A DNA stretch of 64,000 bases from an uncultured bacterium (GTDB lineage Bacteria; Verrucomicrobiota; Verrucomicrobiia; Limisphaerales; UBA8199): assembly GCA_963749495.1 (NCBI GenBank), contig CAVVMW010000018.1, positions 96,001 to 160,000 on the forward strand. The letters are read 5' to 3'. The translations under genes and the position numbers were made by a program. How positions within the stretch are numbered: the stretch's first letter is position 1; each line of letters begins with the position of its first letter. Shown here one piece after another: positions 22,607 through 35,252 of the stretch. A model generated the notes under the pieces. It did not search any database. It saw nothing but the letters and a program-made list of their open reading frames with translations, and was not told the origin of the DNA.

Positions 22607-22838
22607 CCGCTGCCGTGGCTCCGGACGTCGCTGCGCCCGGGGACGGGCGCACTCCGGTCCGGCCCCCGGCGTTGGGGGCGGTGTCGGGATGCGCCCCCCC
22701 TGTGCATTGAAACGCACAGTTTGCAACCCCCGGGGGGAAGCGAAGGGTGCGTAATGAAGCCCTGTGAAACAGCCATTCATTCATCGGACCGCGATCGACC
22801 CTCGATCCCCAGGCTTGACAAAACAGCGGGCCAAACGA

Positions 22839-22866
22839 TTGACTCCATCCGCGCAACAGATACAAT
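22839..22866 (+). promoter_or_regulatory. Sigma-70 promoter, probably leaderless
   Basis: TTGACT, 16 bp, TACAAT, 7 nt, then GTG. Confidence 0.7.
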
Positions 22867-22873
22867 CCCAGTT

Positions 22874-23623
22874 GTGAAAACGAACCCAAGATCTCCAGAC
22901 CAGCCCCTGGCCTTTACGCTGATCGAGCTTCTGGTGGTGATCGCCATCATCGCCATCCTCGCAGCGATGCTGCTGCCCGCCTTGGCGAGCGCCAAGGAAA
23001 AAGCGCAGCGTATGCAGTGCGTCAACAACAACAAGGAATTGGGGTTGGCGGTAACCATGTACGCGACCGACAGCAGAGATATTCTCCCTTACCCGAATTG
23101 GAACCCGCCCTGGTATGCGGGCTGGCTTTACGCGCCTTATGCGGGAAGCGTCCCTGACCCCACCCACAGCCCCTTCAATACGAACTCAACGTCGGCATAC
23201 GGCAGCGGACAGATCTGGCAGTACCTCAAGAACATCGGAGTCTACCGGTGCCCCCTGGACAAGACCAACGCGCCGGACTGGAAGGTGCGGGCCAACAAAC
23301 TGTCCACGTACGTCATGAATGGCGCGGTGTGCGCTTACGGCAATTTCGCTCCCCGAAGTTATAAGCTTTCCGACTTTAAGGCCACCGACTACATGATGTG
23401 GGAACCGGACGCGGACTTGATGGGGAACAACTACAATGACGGCAGCAGCTACCCGGACGCGAATGAAGGCTTGGGCCACCGCCATGGCAAGATCGGAGGC
23501 ATCGTCCTCGCCTTTGGATCGCATGTCCTATTCGTCCAATACGCCAAATGGGCGAAGCTCAGCGCGAGCCCAACCAGAAACGAACTGTGGTGTAGTCCCG
23601 GCAACCCCCAAACGGGCCGTTAG
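22874..23623 (+). CDS. Prepilin-type N-terminal cleavage/methylation domain protein
   Basis: [38 protein letters not shown]...FG.H. Confidence 0.88.
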   Translation: MKTNPRSPDQPLAFTLIELLVVIAIIAILAAMLLPALASAKEKAQRMQCVNNNKELGLAVTMYATDSRDILPYPNWNPPWYAGWLYAPYAGSVPDPTHSPFNTNSTSAYGSGQIWQYLKNIGVYRCPLDKTNAPDWKVRANKLSTYVMNGAVCAYGNFAPRSYKLSDFKATDYMMWEPDADLMGNNYNDGSSYPDANEGLGHRHGKIGGIVLAFGSHVLFVQYAKWAKLSASPTRNELWCSPGNPQTGR

Positions 23624-23727
23624 TTCCGGCGGGAGGCCGATTCCACGGGCACGGGGCCGGGAGGAAGGAACCTTTTTTGGTGGGTCCCTGACAGTCAAGG
23701 CTCGCCACCAGGGCATTGAGAAATGGG

Positions 23728-23928
23728 ATGCACCGCAAACCCGCCATGCCCGCTCAGAAGCCCTTGCGCACCAGCCTTGTTTCTGCCAAGAGATGGCTCG
23801 ATTGGACAGCCGTCTTCTGCCTGCTCCTCCTCATCGCCTGCACCCTGGCGGGCTGCAAGAAGCCCGTCGCGGGCACTAACGCCCACTCGAGGCTCCTTCA
23901 GTCGGCCGCCCCCAGATCAAGTCCGCAA
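23728..23928 (+). pseudogene. 5' fragment of a small lipoprotein paralogous to 25897-26268
   Basis: LAGCKKPVAGTNAHSRLLQSAAP matches VAGCKKPVAGTNADSKLFQSAAP, then breaks off. Confidence 0.75.
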
Positions 23929-24320
23929 ACGTTGTCGCGGAACCCGAGCTGCGGGTCGAGTGCCGACTCGCGCTTTCCGACCCGTCCGACCGGTCCCCAC
24001 CCCCCCTGGCGTATCGCGACACTGCCCGCGGAGTGCGCCCGTCCCCGGGCGCAGCAGCGACGGAGCGGGCAGGCGCGCCGCAGTACTTGACCGCTGCCCT
24101 GGCTGCGGACGTTGCTGCGCCCGAGCACGGGCGCACCCCCATCTCGCCGCAGCCGGTGGGGGCGGTGTCGGGATACGCCCCCCCCTGTGCGCTGAAACGC
24201 ACAGTTTACAACTCCTGGGGGGAAGCGTAGGATGCGTACGTAAGCCCTGTGAAACAGCCATTCATTTATCGGACCGGGATGGACCGTCAATCCAGGCTTG
24301 ACAAAACCGCGCGCAAACGA

Positions 24321-24348
24321 TTGACTCCACCCGCGCAACAGATACAAT
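24321..24348 (+). promoter_or_regulatory. Duplicate sigma-70 promoter, probably leaderless
   Basis: TTGACT, 16 bp, TACAAT, 7 nt, ATG at 24356. Confidence 0.7.
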
Positions 24349-24355
24349 CCCAGCT

Positions 24356-25201
<846 letters not shown>

Positions 25202-25356
25202 GCGGCGAGTTGCTCCGCGGCGATGCAAACCAACGGTTATGTCGCCGCCTATATGGGCTTCTCGCAATTGCGCGCCCAACCGGGCCTCGGGTGGCGGCCC
25301 TTAGGCGCCGGCGGGTCTGTCGCGCGCTGTCATCCGTTGTTGGATCATAAGCGATA

Positions 25357-25800
25357 TTGATGAAATCTGTGCCGATTTTCAAGCCGGTTCGGGGCGGGCA
25401 AAGCCGGGCTCGCTGTTTCACGGCTTGGGGCCTGGACCCCTGGGCCAGGGCAACGGCGGTCCTCGTCCTTCTGGTGGCGCTTGGGTTCGCCGTTGCCGGC
25501 TGCAAGGGATCTGGAGAGGGGGGGGCCGGCTCCAAGGCCTTTGAATCAGCCGCGCCCGAGGCCAAGGCGGCGTGGGATGGCGCGGTGGCCGCCAGCCGGT
25601 CGAACGATTATGCAGCCGCTTTCCTGACGCTCAGAGAGTTGCGCGCCCAACCTGGCCTCACGCCGGCACAGACTCAAGCCGTTGAGGCCCAGTCCACGCT
25701 GATCAACCAGCGAATGGCGGCGGCGGCGGAGAAGGGCGATTCCAACGCGCTCCAGGCGATCCGGGACATACGGGCAGTATCGCGAAGGGGACGCCCGTGA
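25357..25800 (+). CDS. Small lipoprotein (start uncertain)
   Basis: Lipobox AVAGC; FESAAPEAKAAWD...LRAQPGLT. Confidence 0.7.
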   Translation: MMKSVPIFKPVRGGQSRARCFTAWGLDPWARATAVLVLLVALGFAVAGCKGSGEGGAGSKAFESAAPEAKAAWDGAVAASRSNDYAAAFLTLRELRAQPGLTPAQTQAVEAQSTLINQRMAAAAEKGDSNALQAIRDIRAVSRRGRP

Positions 25801-25896
25801 GCGGGCAGGTCTGCTCGAAACGCTTGAGCTGGTTTGGCCAGACGTGTAACTGGCCGCTCGGACATTCGGACAATCATGTGCATGAACATCGTTTCT

Positions 25897-26268
25897 ATGA
25901 AAAAGTGGCTCCACTGGAGCGCCGCCCTTTGCTCGCTCCTGCTCCTGGCCTGCGCTGTGGCGGGCTGCAAGAAGCCCGTTGCGGGCACTAATGCCGATTC
26001 GAAGCTCTTTCAGTCGGCCGCCCCCGAAATCAAATCCGCCTGGGACGACGGCGTGGCGGCGATGCAAACCAACGGCTATGTTCCGGCCTATCTGGGTCTC
26101 CGGCAATTGCGCGCCCAACCGGGCGTGACCCAGGAGCAGAAAGACGCCATCAACGCCCGGCTCAAGCAGATCAACACCCAGTTGGGCGAGGCCGCCCAAA
26201 AGGGCGACACGAGCGCCGCCGAGGCCCTCACCGAGATCCGCAACGCTTCCCGAATGCGCGGGCGGTGA
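25897..26268 (+). CDS. Small lipoprotein, paralog of the previous gene
   Basis: Lipobox AVAGC; FQSAAPEIKSAWD...LRAQPGVT. Confidence 0.8.
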   Translation: MKKWLHWSAALCSLLLLACAVAGCKKPVAGTNADSKLFQSAAPEIKSAWDDGVAAMQTNGYVPAYLGLRQLRAQPGVTQEQKDAINARLKQINTQLGEAAQKGDTSAAEALTEIRNASRMRGR

Positions 26269-26375
26269 CGTGCCGTCCCGCTGACGGGCACCCCAAATTG
26301 CAAAGCGCCTGGAGATGCGCGGCACGCCCGCGTTCTGGCTCCATGAGCGCCGCCCCGCCCGGCCGGGGGATTATT

Positions 26376-26643
26376 GGGTGCGATTAAAACTGTCGGTCAG
26401 CCCACGGCGCCTTTTTGCCCCGAAGGGGCTTCCGACAATAGCCCGGCGTTTCAACGCCGGGTCAACGAACCGAAAGAGCAGGTCCGTCCCGAAGGGACGG
26501 CTGAAAGCAACGAGTGTTCTCAGTCGTCCCTTCGGGACGAGGGTCCCTTTTGTGGCCTCCCCGGCGTTGAAACGCCGGGCTATTGTCAGATGTCCCTCCG
26601 GGACAAAGCTCCAAGGGGCATGCCCACTCTTCTAATCGCACCT
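26376..26643. mobile_element. MITE family B copy 3 (inverted) with a perfect 9-bp target duplication
   Basis: GGGATTATT at 26367-26375 and 26644-26652; TIRs GGGTGCGATTAAAA/TTCTAATCGCACCT. Confidence 0.88.
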
Positions 26644-26774
26644 GGGATTATTCCAACCATTGACACCCCAACCCCTTGGGCTAGATTGCGGCGCATGATG
26701 ACGCCGCGTAACGAGACACGACAGGGCCACCCGGCCGCGGGCGCTTCCCGACACTGCCCCCGGAGTGCCCTCGT

Positions 26775-26985
26775 CGCCGGGCTGAAAGCCCGAAATGTGA
26801 CAGCCTGGGCTGGAGCGAGCTTGCGAGCGGAGGCCCAGGTCATCGGGCCGGAATCTGGCGCGCCCTGTAGGGGCGCCATAAGGTCCCGGCCCTACAGGCC
26901 GGGGCTTTTCGAGGGGCACTGGCTTACCCGGGCCTCCGCTCCGCTCCAGCCCGGGCCATCACATGGCGGGCCTTCGGCCCTGGGG
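26775..26985. repeat. REP-like multi-hairpin element
   Basis: GGGCTGAAAGCCC, GCCCTGTAGGGGC, GGGCCTTCGGCCC hairpins. Confidence 0.6.
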
Positions 26986-27067
26986 CGCCGGGGGGGATTG
27001 GTCCGGGCCAGGCAGGAAATGCCGGACATCTCGATGGCGGCGGTGTATAGTGATCCGGATTGAGTTC

Positions 27068-28512
27068 ATGAGCACGGCAACGGAAACCATCGAGGGCCTG
27101 GTCCAGAAGGAGTACAAGTACGGCTTCTACACGGACCTGGAGGCGGACTCGGCGCCGCCGGGCCTGAACGAGGACATCATCCGGCTGATCTCGGCCAAGA
27201 AGAACGAGCCGGCGTTCATGCTGGAGTGGCGGCTGAAGGCCTACCGGCATTGGCTCACGATGAAGGAGCCGGCGTGGCCGCACGTGCATTACCCGCCCAT
27301 CGACTATCAGAAGGCGGTCTATTATTCGGCGCCCAAGCAGCGGGGCCAAGGGCCCAGGAGCCTGGAGGAGGTCGACCCCAAGCTGCTGGAGACCTACGAG
27401 AAGTTGGGCATCCCGCTCAAGGAACGGGAGCGGTTGGCCGGCGTGGCGGTGGACGCGGTCTTCGACAGCGTCTCGGTGGGCACGACCTTCAAGGAGAAGC
27501 TGGCGGAGCGGGGCATAATCTTCTGCTCGTTCAGCGAGGCGGTGCAGCAGCACCCGGACCTGGTCAGGAAGTACCTGGGCATGGTCGTGCCGTACACGGA
27601 CAACTTTTTCGCCGCCCTCAATTCCGCGGTGTTCAGCGACGGCTCGTTTTGCTTCATCCCCAAGGGCGTGCGGTGTCCCATGGAGCTCTCGACCTATTTC
27701 CGCATCAACGCCGCCAACACCGGCCAGTTCGAGCGGACGCTCATCGTGGCCGAAGACGGGGCCTCGGTGAGCTACCTGGAGGGGTGCACCGCCCCGATGC
27801 GCGACGAGCACCAGTTGCACGCCGCGGTGGTGGAGCTGATCGCCCTGGACAACGCCCAGATCAAGTACTCGACCGTCCAGAACTGGTACCCGGGCGACGA
27901 ACAGGGGCGCGGCGGCATCTACAACTTCGTCACCAAACGCGGCCTCTGCAAAGGCAAGAACTCGAAGATCTCCTGGACCCAGGTCGAGACCGGCTCGGCC
28001 ATTACCTGGAAATACCCGAGTTGCATCCTCCTGGGCGATAATTCCATCGGCGAGTTCTACTCCGTGGCCGTCACCAACCACTTTCAGCAGGCCGACACCG
28101 GCACCAAGATGGTCCACCTGGGCAAGAACACGCGCAGCACCATCGTCTCCAAGGGCATCGCCGCCGGCCACGGCCAGAACAGCTACCGCGGCCTGGTCAA
28201 GGTGCAAAAGAGCGCACTCAACGCCCGCAATTTCTCCCAGTGCGATTCGCTCCTGCTGGGCGACAAGTGCGGCGCCCATACATTCCCCTACATCGAGGTC
28301 AAGAACACCTCCGGCCGCGTCGAGCACGAGGCCTCGACCTCGAAGATCGGCGAGGACCAGATCTTCTACTGCAACCAGCGCGGCCTCTCGACCCAGGACG
28401 CCGTCAACATGATCGTCAACGGTTTCTGCAAGGAGGTCTTCCGCGAACTGCCGATGGAATTCGCCGTCGAGGCCCAGAAACTCCTCGGCGTGAGCCTCGA
28501 GGGGAGCGTGGG

Positions 28513-28516
<4 letters not shown>
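27068..28516 (+). CDS. sufB: Fe-S cluster assembly protein SufB
   Basis: [54 protein letters not shown]. Confidence 0.97.
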
Positions 28517-29290
<774 letters not shown>

Positions 29291-29375
29291 AGGCTAAAGG
29301 CTAAGGTGCAGCGGGGCAGGGCGCACGACAGAGTTCTTCGCGTGCATGATGGGGCCGGAGGTGCGTGCTCTGGAC

Positions 29376-29599
29376 GCCAAAGGCGTCGTTCATACCAGCC
29401 CAGGGCAACGCCCTGGGAACAACCGCCAATAATCATCTGGAGCGCTGAAAGCGCGATTCATCCGCCGGGAGCTTCATGACGCAGGCCGTTGGCCTGCAAC
29501 AGAATAGATGATGGGCGGTGGACCCAGGGCGACGGCCCGCCTGCGTTGCGCTCCGGCGGGCCTTGCCCTGGGCTGGTATGACTCAGGCCTTCGGCCTGA
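29376..29599. repeat. REP-like element family H (complete copy)
   Basis: CATACCAGCCCAGGGC.../...GCCCTGGGCTGGTATG; matches 1633-1811. Confidence 0.8.
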
Positions 29600-29620
29600 A
29601 CCCCAGCGCGCAAACTCCGC

Positions 29621-29833
29621 CTAATGCTTCTTCAAGAGCGCCAGCAGCTTGCCGTCCAGCCTGTGCCCGTGCCGATCCTCGTAGAATCCCGAAGGGAAAT
29701 ATCCCCGGCAGCCCTGGGCGATGTTCAGTTCCTTGAGTTCGGGAGTCACCAGGTTTCCGACCCTGTTTCCGTCAGCAATCACCCGATGGCCCGGGTTGGC
29801 GGCGCGAATGGCCTCGGTTGCGCCCTTGGCCAC
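29621..29833 (-). pseudogene. Internally deleted remnant of a GH5-like glycoside hydrolase
   Basis: AIRAANPGHRVIADG...QGCRGY joined directly to C-terminal YEDRHGHRLDGKLLALL. Confidence 0.45.
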
Positions 29834-29841
29834 CGCCCGCG

Positions 29842-30390
29842 AAGCGTTTTGGACTGCCGCAGTCCAAAACCTTGCGGGCTTGGCGACGGTTCATGGAGAT
29901 CCCCCTTTGGCTTCTGCCAATGCATTGGGACCGTGAACCGGTCAGGGGCCCCGAGGCTGCGAAGCGTTTTGGACTGCGGCAGTCCTCTGCCGCTTTTCCA
30001 ACCCCAGCGCGCACGAAAGCGGCAGAGGACTGCCGCAGTCCAAAACCTTGCGGGCTTGGCGACGGTTCATGGAGAGCTTGTGCCAGCCGCAGGGCAAAGA
30101 GCAAGAATAGAAGTGCTTTCTCCCGAAAACCTGAATGGGCGAAACGGGCGCGATTAGAACTGTCGGCCCGCCGCCGGGGCCTCTTTGCCCCGAAGGGGTT
30201 TCCGAGAGTAGCCCGGCGTTTCAACTTTCAACGCCGGGTCAGCGGAGCCAAAAAGCAGGTCCGTTCCGAAGGGACGGTTGAGAGTAAAGAGTGTCCTCAG
30301 CGGTCCCCTCACGTGCTTAAACGCAGAGACGCAAAGAACGCAGAGAAGACAAAAAGAGCCATTCTCTGCGTTCTTTGCGTCTCTGCGTTT
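29842..30390. repeat. Repeat cluster: family C x3, partial MITE B (30148-30305), 9-bp inverted array (30319-30390)
   Basis: Direct match to other copies in the window; ACGCAGAG/CTCTGCGT arrays. Confidence 0.75.
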
Positions 30391-30543
30391 TCATTGCCTA
30401 TCCGAACCGATCGGGCGCGCTTATGGAGCCCCAAGGCTGCGACAGGACAAGACCTCCGCGCCGCATGGGCGACACGTCTAATCGAACCGGCCGAAAGTGG
30501 ACCATTGCGTTTTCCCTTTGGCTGGCTCATTATGTATTGCGCT

Positions 30544-31220
30544 ATGAACAAAGCCCTGACGCTGCGCGACATCCGGCGGGTTTGCGGTCTCGGCCCGTTG
30601 CTCACGGCGAGAACGGCAACCTCCTGGCCGCAATCGTGGGCGACGTCATCTACACGGTCCCCATCTTCACGCTTCATTCGCCGGATGCCGGCGCGCTGCG
30701 CTCGCTCTTCCGCCCCTTCGGCCTGGCCATGATCAAGACCGTCGAATCAAACGCCCAGCCGGCGCCGGGCTTCGAGGTGGTCAGGAAGATCATCCTGGCC
30801 CGGATCGACCAGAAGGCCATTGACCCAGGCGCCCTCGACCTGCTGGTCCGCAAAACCGGCGGCGTCCTGCAGCACGCCTTCGAGGTGCTGCGCAACGCGG
30901 CCCTGATGGATTCCGCCGCCGTCCCGCTGAAAGAAAAGGAGATCGTCGAGGCCCTCAAGGCCAAGCGCAACGAGTTCTGGTCCGAAATCGCGCTCCCCAT
31001 CGAGCCCGTGCCCGGGGTCACGTCGGTCGAGCAGCTCTATGACCGCCTGACCGAATACGCCAAGGGCCAGCTCGCGGGCGCGAGGAACGCCCCGAAGGTT
31101 GATGCCATCAACCACATCCTCCTGCGCTCCTGCGCCCTGGTCGAATACAACGGAGACCGCTGGTATGGAGTCCATCCGCTCGTCATCGACAACCTCAAGG
31201 AACTCGGACGCATTGGCTGA
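30544..31220 (+). pseudogene. P-loop ATPase remnant with the central nucleotide-binding part deleted
   Basis: N-terminus MNKALTLRDIRRVC joined out of frame to C-terminal IYTVPI...KTGGVL...LVEYNGDRWYGVHPLV; no Walker A. Confidence 0.55.
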
Positions 31221-33036
31221 TCTCCGCGACTCCGGCGCCTGGGCCAGGCTCCGCAACGCGGTGTCCGAGCCGGTGCGCGAGTTGATCGCCGTCGAGATCG
31301 ATACCCAGGCCCGCGCGCGGGAGGTCATCGCCCGGCTCATCGCACTGGGGACGGGTCCGCCTCAGCTCCGCCCCCACGTGGTCATCGAGTTCTGCCCGGT
31401 CCGTGACGAGCCCGCGGAGTTGCTCGCCCGCGCGCTGGCTGCCGCCGCCGACTGGCGCTCCGAACAGGGCCTCCTGTTCCTGCTCGACACGGGCGAGCCG
31501 CCGCCGGCCGAGGATGGCCCCCGCCCCGTTGCCTTCTGGCGTGGCATGAACCTGCTGCGCGAACAGTGGGACGCCCTGGACTGCCAAACGCTCTTTCTCC
31601 TGCTCCCTTCCAACTACCGGCTGCTCTCATCGGCCGCCGACCACCTGAAACGCTGGATGCCGCTCAAGGTCCACCTCCTCGGCGGCGGCAGCCGGTTCGA
31701 GTCCGACTCGCCGAGGGCGCCGGTTGACATCGCTGAAGCCGGGGCCGCGCGCGAGAGGCTCGAAACCCTCGAGGCACAGTTGCGCCAGGCGATCCAACGC
31801 GGTGAGCCATCCGGGACGTTCGTCCGCCGCTATTACCTGCCGATGTTCGCCGCCGCCGTCGCGCTGGGCGACTACGACCGCGCGCGCCACTTGCGCAAGA
31901 AACTCGAGCGGGTGGAAGTCGCGGAGGCCGACCTCGGGGGCTGGTTCAACGTGAGCTTTAACTATGAACTCGGCCAGTACCGGCTGGCAGAGGCACAGGC
32001 CGTAGCCGAGCGCCATCTCCGTTGGGCCCAGGAACGCAGCCTGCCGCTGCAGCAATCCATCGCGCTGGTCAACCTTGGTAGCGCTGCTTTGGAGCGACGC
32101 GATTTTGCTGCTGCCGAGAGCTGGTATCGCAAGGCGCTCGCAATTGAGGAAAACCAGGGAAACGAGCACGATGCGGCGATCACCTACCATCAGTTGGGCC
32201 TGGTTGCCCAGGAGCGGCGCGATTTTGCCGCCGCCGAGGCCTGGTATCGCAAGTCGCTCGCAATCGACGAAAAGCAGGGCAACGAAGACGGCGCGGCGAT
32301 CAGCTACCACCAGTTGGGCAGGATAGCCCAGGAGCGGCGCGATTTTGCCGCCGCCGAGGCGTGGTATAGCAAGTCGCTCGCAATCAAAGAAAAGCAGGGC
32401 GACGAACACGGCGCGACGACGACGTACCACCAATTGGGCAGGATTGCCCAGGAGCGGCGCGATTTTGCCGCCGCCGAGGCGTGGTATCGCAAGTCGCTCG
32501 CGATCAAGGAAAAGCAGGGACACGAGCACGGGGCGGCGATGGACTACCACCAGTTGGGTAGGGTTGCCCAGGAGCGGGGCGATTTTGCCGCCGCCGAGCC
32601 ATGGTATCGCAAGTCGCTCGCGATCGAGGAAAAGCAGGGAAACGAACACGGCGCAGCGATCACCTACCACCAGTTGGGCATACTGGCCCAAGAGCGGCGC
32701 GATTTTGCCGCCGCCGAGGCATGGTATCGCAAGTCTCTCGCGATCGAGGAAAAGCAGGGGAACGAACACGGCGCAGCGATCTCGTACCACCAGTTGGGCA
32801 GGATTGGACAGGAGCAGCGGGACTTCGGCGGAGCTGGAAGGCTCTTTCTGAAGGCACTTGGGCTCCTCGCCTCGAAGAACGACCCATATCACGCGGAAAT
32901 GGCCTGGAAGGGATTCGTGCGCGTCCTCGGCTCGGCCCCGCCCGAGGTTCAAGCCGAGCTTCGCGCGCTGGGCCGCGCAGCCGTGGGCGAGGAGAAGATG
33001 AGCATGGCCGAGGCCGCCCTGCACGCGCCCTCTTGA
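31213..33036 (+). CDS. Tetratricopeptide repeat protein
   Basis: Six near-identical 40-aa repeats YHQLGRIAQERRDFAAAEAWYRKSLAI; TTG start overlaps the ATPase stop. Confidence 0.85.
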   Translation: MADLRDSGAWARLRNAVSEPVRELIAVEIDTQARAREVIARLIALGTGPPQLRPHVVIEFCPVRDEPAELLARALAAAADWRSEQGLLFLLDTGEPPPAEDGPRPVAFWRGMNLLREQWDALDCQTLFLLLPSNYRLLSSAADHLKRWMPLKVHLLGGGSRFESDSPRAPVDIAEAGAARERLETLEAQLRQAIQRGEPSGTFVRRYYLPMFAAAVALGDYDRARHLRKKLERVEVAEADLGGWFNVSFNYELGQYRLAEAQAVAERHLRWAQERSLPLQQSIALVNLGSAALERRDFAAAESWYRKALAIEENQGNEHDAAITYHQLGLVAQERRDFAAAEAWYRKSLAIDEKQGNEDGAAISYHQLGRIAQERRDFAAAEAWYSKSLAIKEKQGDEHGATTTYHQLGRIAQERRDFAAAEAWYRKSLAIKEKQGHEHGAAMDYHQLGRVAQERGDFAAAEPWYRKSLAIEEKQGNEHGAAITYHQLGILAQERRDFAAAEAWYRKSLAIEEKQGNEHGAAISYHQLGRIGQEQRDFGGAGRLFLKALGLLASKNDPYHAEMAWKGFVRVLGSAPPEVQAELRALGRAAVGEEKMSMAEAALHAPS

Positions 33037-33142
33037 TTGTGGGTGCGGCATGAGGCGACTTGAGACAGGATGTGTCTATCCCCTCATCGCCAGGACAGGA
33101 TAGCCTTGGGCCGCACCCGATGAATGCTTTCGCTCTCGAAAT

Positions 33143-33893
33143 ATGAAAAGGCTCCTTCTCTCCTTGATGTTCTTGTCGATCACCGGCTTGCACGCCGCCA
33201 ACGCTGGAAGTCCGGCCAAAGTCTTCATTCTGGCGGGCCAGTCCAACATGGAGGGCCAGGGGGTGGCCGACCTCAAAGGAACGGATTACAACGAGGGCAA
33301 GGGCGCGCCCCGCCCTCACTTGGCCGATTACGATTCGGAACTGCGCCGGGCCGACGGTCATGTGGATATCAACGCCATGGTTGGGCGCCTGCAGGAACTC
33401 GGGGTCGGCACTTACTACTGGCTGGTGTGGCACGCGGCCACGGATTGGGAGGATTTGAAGCTGTTTCTTCCCGAGGCGCGCCAGGCAGGCATCGAGGTTT
33501 GGGTTTACCTGGTGCCGCCCTCGGAAGGCTCCGGCAGCGCGGGACCAGCCTCCGAGCCCTTCCGGCTGGATTTCCTTCGCTGGGCGGAGGAAATCGCCCG
33601 GCTTTCGCTCCAGCACACGAACCTGACCGGCTGGGTCATTGACGATTTCTATGCCAACCACGAAACCCTCTTTCATCTCGATGACGGCCGGTGATGCGCA
33701 GGAGTTCCGGCAGCGTCACGGCGAACCCGCCTCGCCCGAACGCATCGCGAATTGGCTTCGAATGTCCCTGGAGGCCTGGCGGGAGGGGCGATGCGACGGC
33801 GTAGTGACTTACTGCCTGGACAAGCGACCGCAGAGCGCGACCTTTCCTCTCGCGCAGCAACTCTTCCGGGAATTCCGCAACGGCCTTCGGTGA
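33143..33893 (+). pseudogene. Chimeric remnant: sialate O-acetylesterase-like N-terminus fused to glycoside-hydrolase-like fragments
   Basis: KVFILAGQSNMEGQG lacks the rest of the domain; followed by GIEVWVYL...GWVIDDF, then a frame jump to a C-terminal piece. Confidence 0.5.
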
Positions 33894-34465
33894 CGCAGGA
33901 AGCTGCACGAATTCTCGTGGTCTTGGCTTTGGGACTGATTCTGTTCTGGGGCGCAGCCGTGGGGGCGAGTCCCGAACCACCTGACACGGCCAACCTATTC
34001 GCGCTCGAGGGGCGGGATTGCATCCTGGAGGAAGCGCACTGCGGAATCGTCAATGGGCGGATCACTGTCGGTATCCCCTTCAAGAGGCTGGGCCGGGTGC
34101 AAGGGCTTTGGGCGCCCCCGTATGTCAGTTCGGATTTTCAAATAATCGTCACATTGGGAGGAAAGGAGATTCCGGCAACCCGATTCACCTGGTGGCCATA
34201 CAAGGTCGTGCAGCACGGTTCGCTCGAGGACATCCAAGCGACATCCACCATCGTGCTCGTTCCCGGCACTCGCGGGGGAGTATTGGCCATCAGGAATGTG
34301 CGAGTGCGCGGAACGACCATGGACATCTTCGTCGCCCCACGTCAGTTTCGCGTCAAGACCTTCGCCAACGAGGTTCGGGCCAGCCTTGGAGAATCCATCC
34401 TGGTCCAACACAACGGGGCATCGCTCGCCGTCCTTGCCAGGCCGCCCAAAGACCAGGAGGATTAA
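33890..34465 (+). pseudogene. Probably internally deleted secreted carbohydrate-active protein
   Basis: Signal peptide and N-terminal domain joined to a short C-terminal beta domain. Confidence 0.35.
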
Positions 34466-34590
34466 GGGCATTGATTCGTCCGCGGGGTCGTAAAGGCCTG
34501 TTTTCCGGGATGCCTCCGTGCTTCCGCACGAGCAGCCCAATTCCTCGCCTAACGACCTTCCAGTGCGAAGAGGATCAGGAGTATCAAGGA

Positions 34591-34690
34591 CCTCAAATCT
34601 CGTGCCAATCGAGCAAAGGTGGAGAACCGCGGAATACGCGGAATACGCGGAAGGCCTTTTGTTTTCGGCGTATTCCGCGTGTTCAGCGGT
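34591..34690. repeat. Repeat family F (CCGCGGAATA 9-bp inverted arrays with CTCAAATCTCGTGCCAAT end)
   Basis: Related sequence at 50090-50155 and, inverted, at 62599-62645. Confidence 0.7.
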
Positions 34691-34767
34691 TTCATAAGGA
34701 TCCTTTGCCGAGGATTTGGGGCAGGCTTGCCCGTTGCCAAACCTCCCGTGGACGTTATAGTAGCGGC

Positions 34768-34992
34768 ATGATTCTTGAGAAGTTTCCAGAAGTGAAGCGG
34801 CTCTCGCCTTCCGAGAAGCTGATTTTCGTCTCGGAGCTGTGGAACGACCTGGAGGCCCATCCGACCGAGGTGCCGGTGCCACGGGAAATCATCGCGGAGT
34901 TGGACCGCCGTATGGAGCACTTCCGCCAGCACCCCAACCAGTTCACGACTTGGGAGGCCGTCAAGGAGCGCATTCTTGGCTCGGGCCGATGA
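34768..34992 (+). CDS. Putative addiction-module antitoxin (TIGR02574-like)
   Basis: LSPSEKLIFVSELWNDL...AELDRR...TWEAVKERI; TTGCCA-16-TATAGT 6 nt upstream. Confidence 0.85.
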   Translation: MILEKFPEVKRLSPSEKLIFVSELWNDLEAHPTEVPVPREIIAELDRRMEHFRQHPNQFTTWEAVKERILGSGR

Positions 34993-35252
34993 CCGACCTG
35001 ATTCTCCTTCTACAAACTCCCGCCGAACCAGCATGATCAACAGGCTATTGCCTGGCTGCGTGAACCTGTTTGTGCGGTGGCTGTCGCCGGCGCGCGGGCC
35101 TGGCGGCAGTCCCCTGCCCCGCTGGATGCCCCGGTCAAGAACCAAGCGGTCGCGGCTGTGCTGGAGGCGGCCCGCGGTAGTGCTGAAAAGAGCATACCTC
35201 GTGGGTCCTGGTGGAGCGCCGGCCTGCCTGGACGCGCGCTGTCAGCCAGTTC

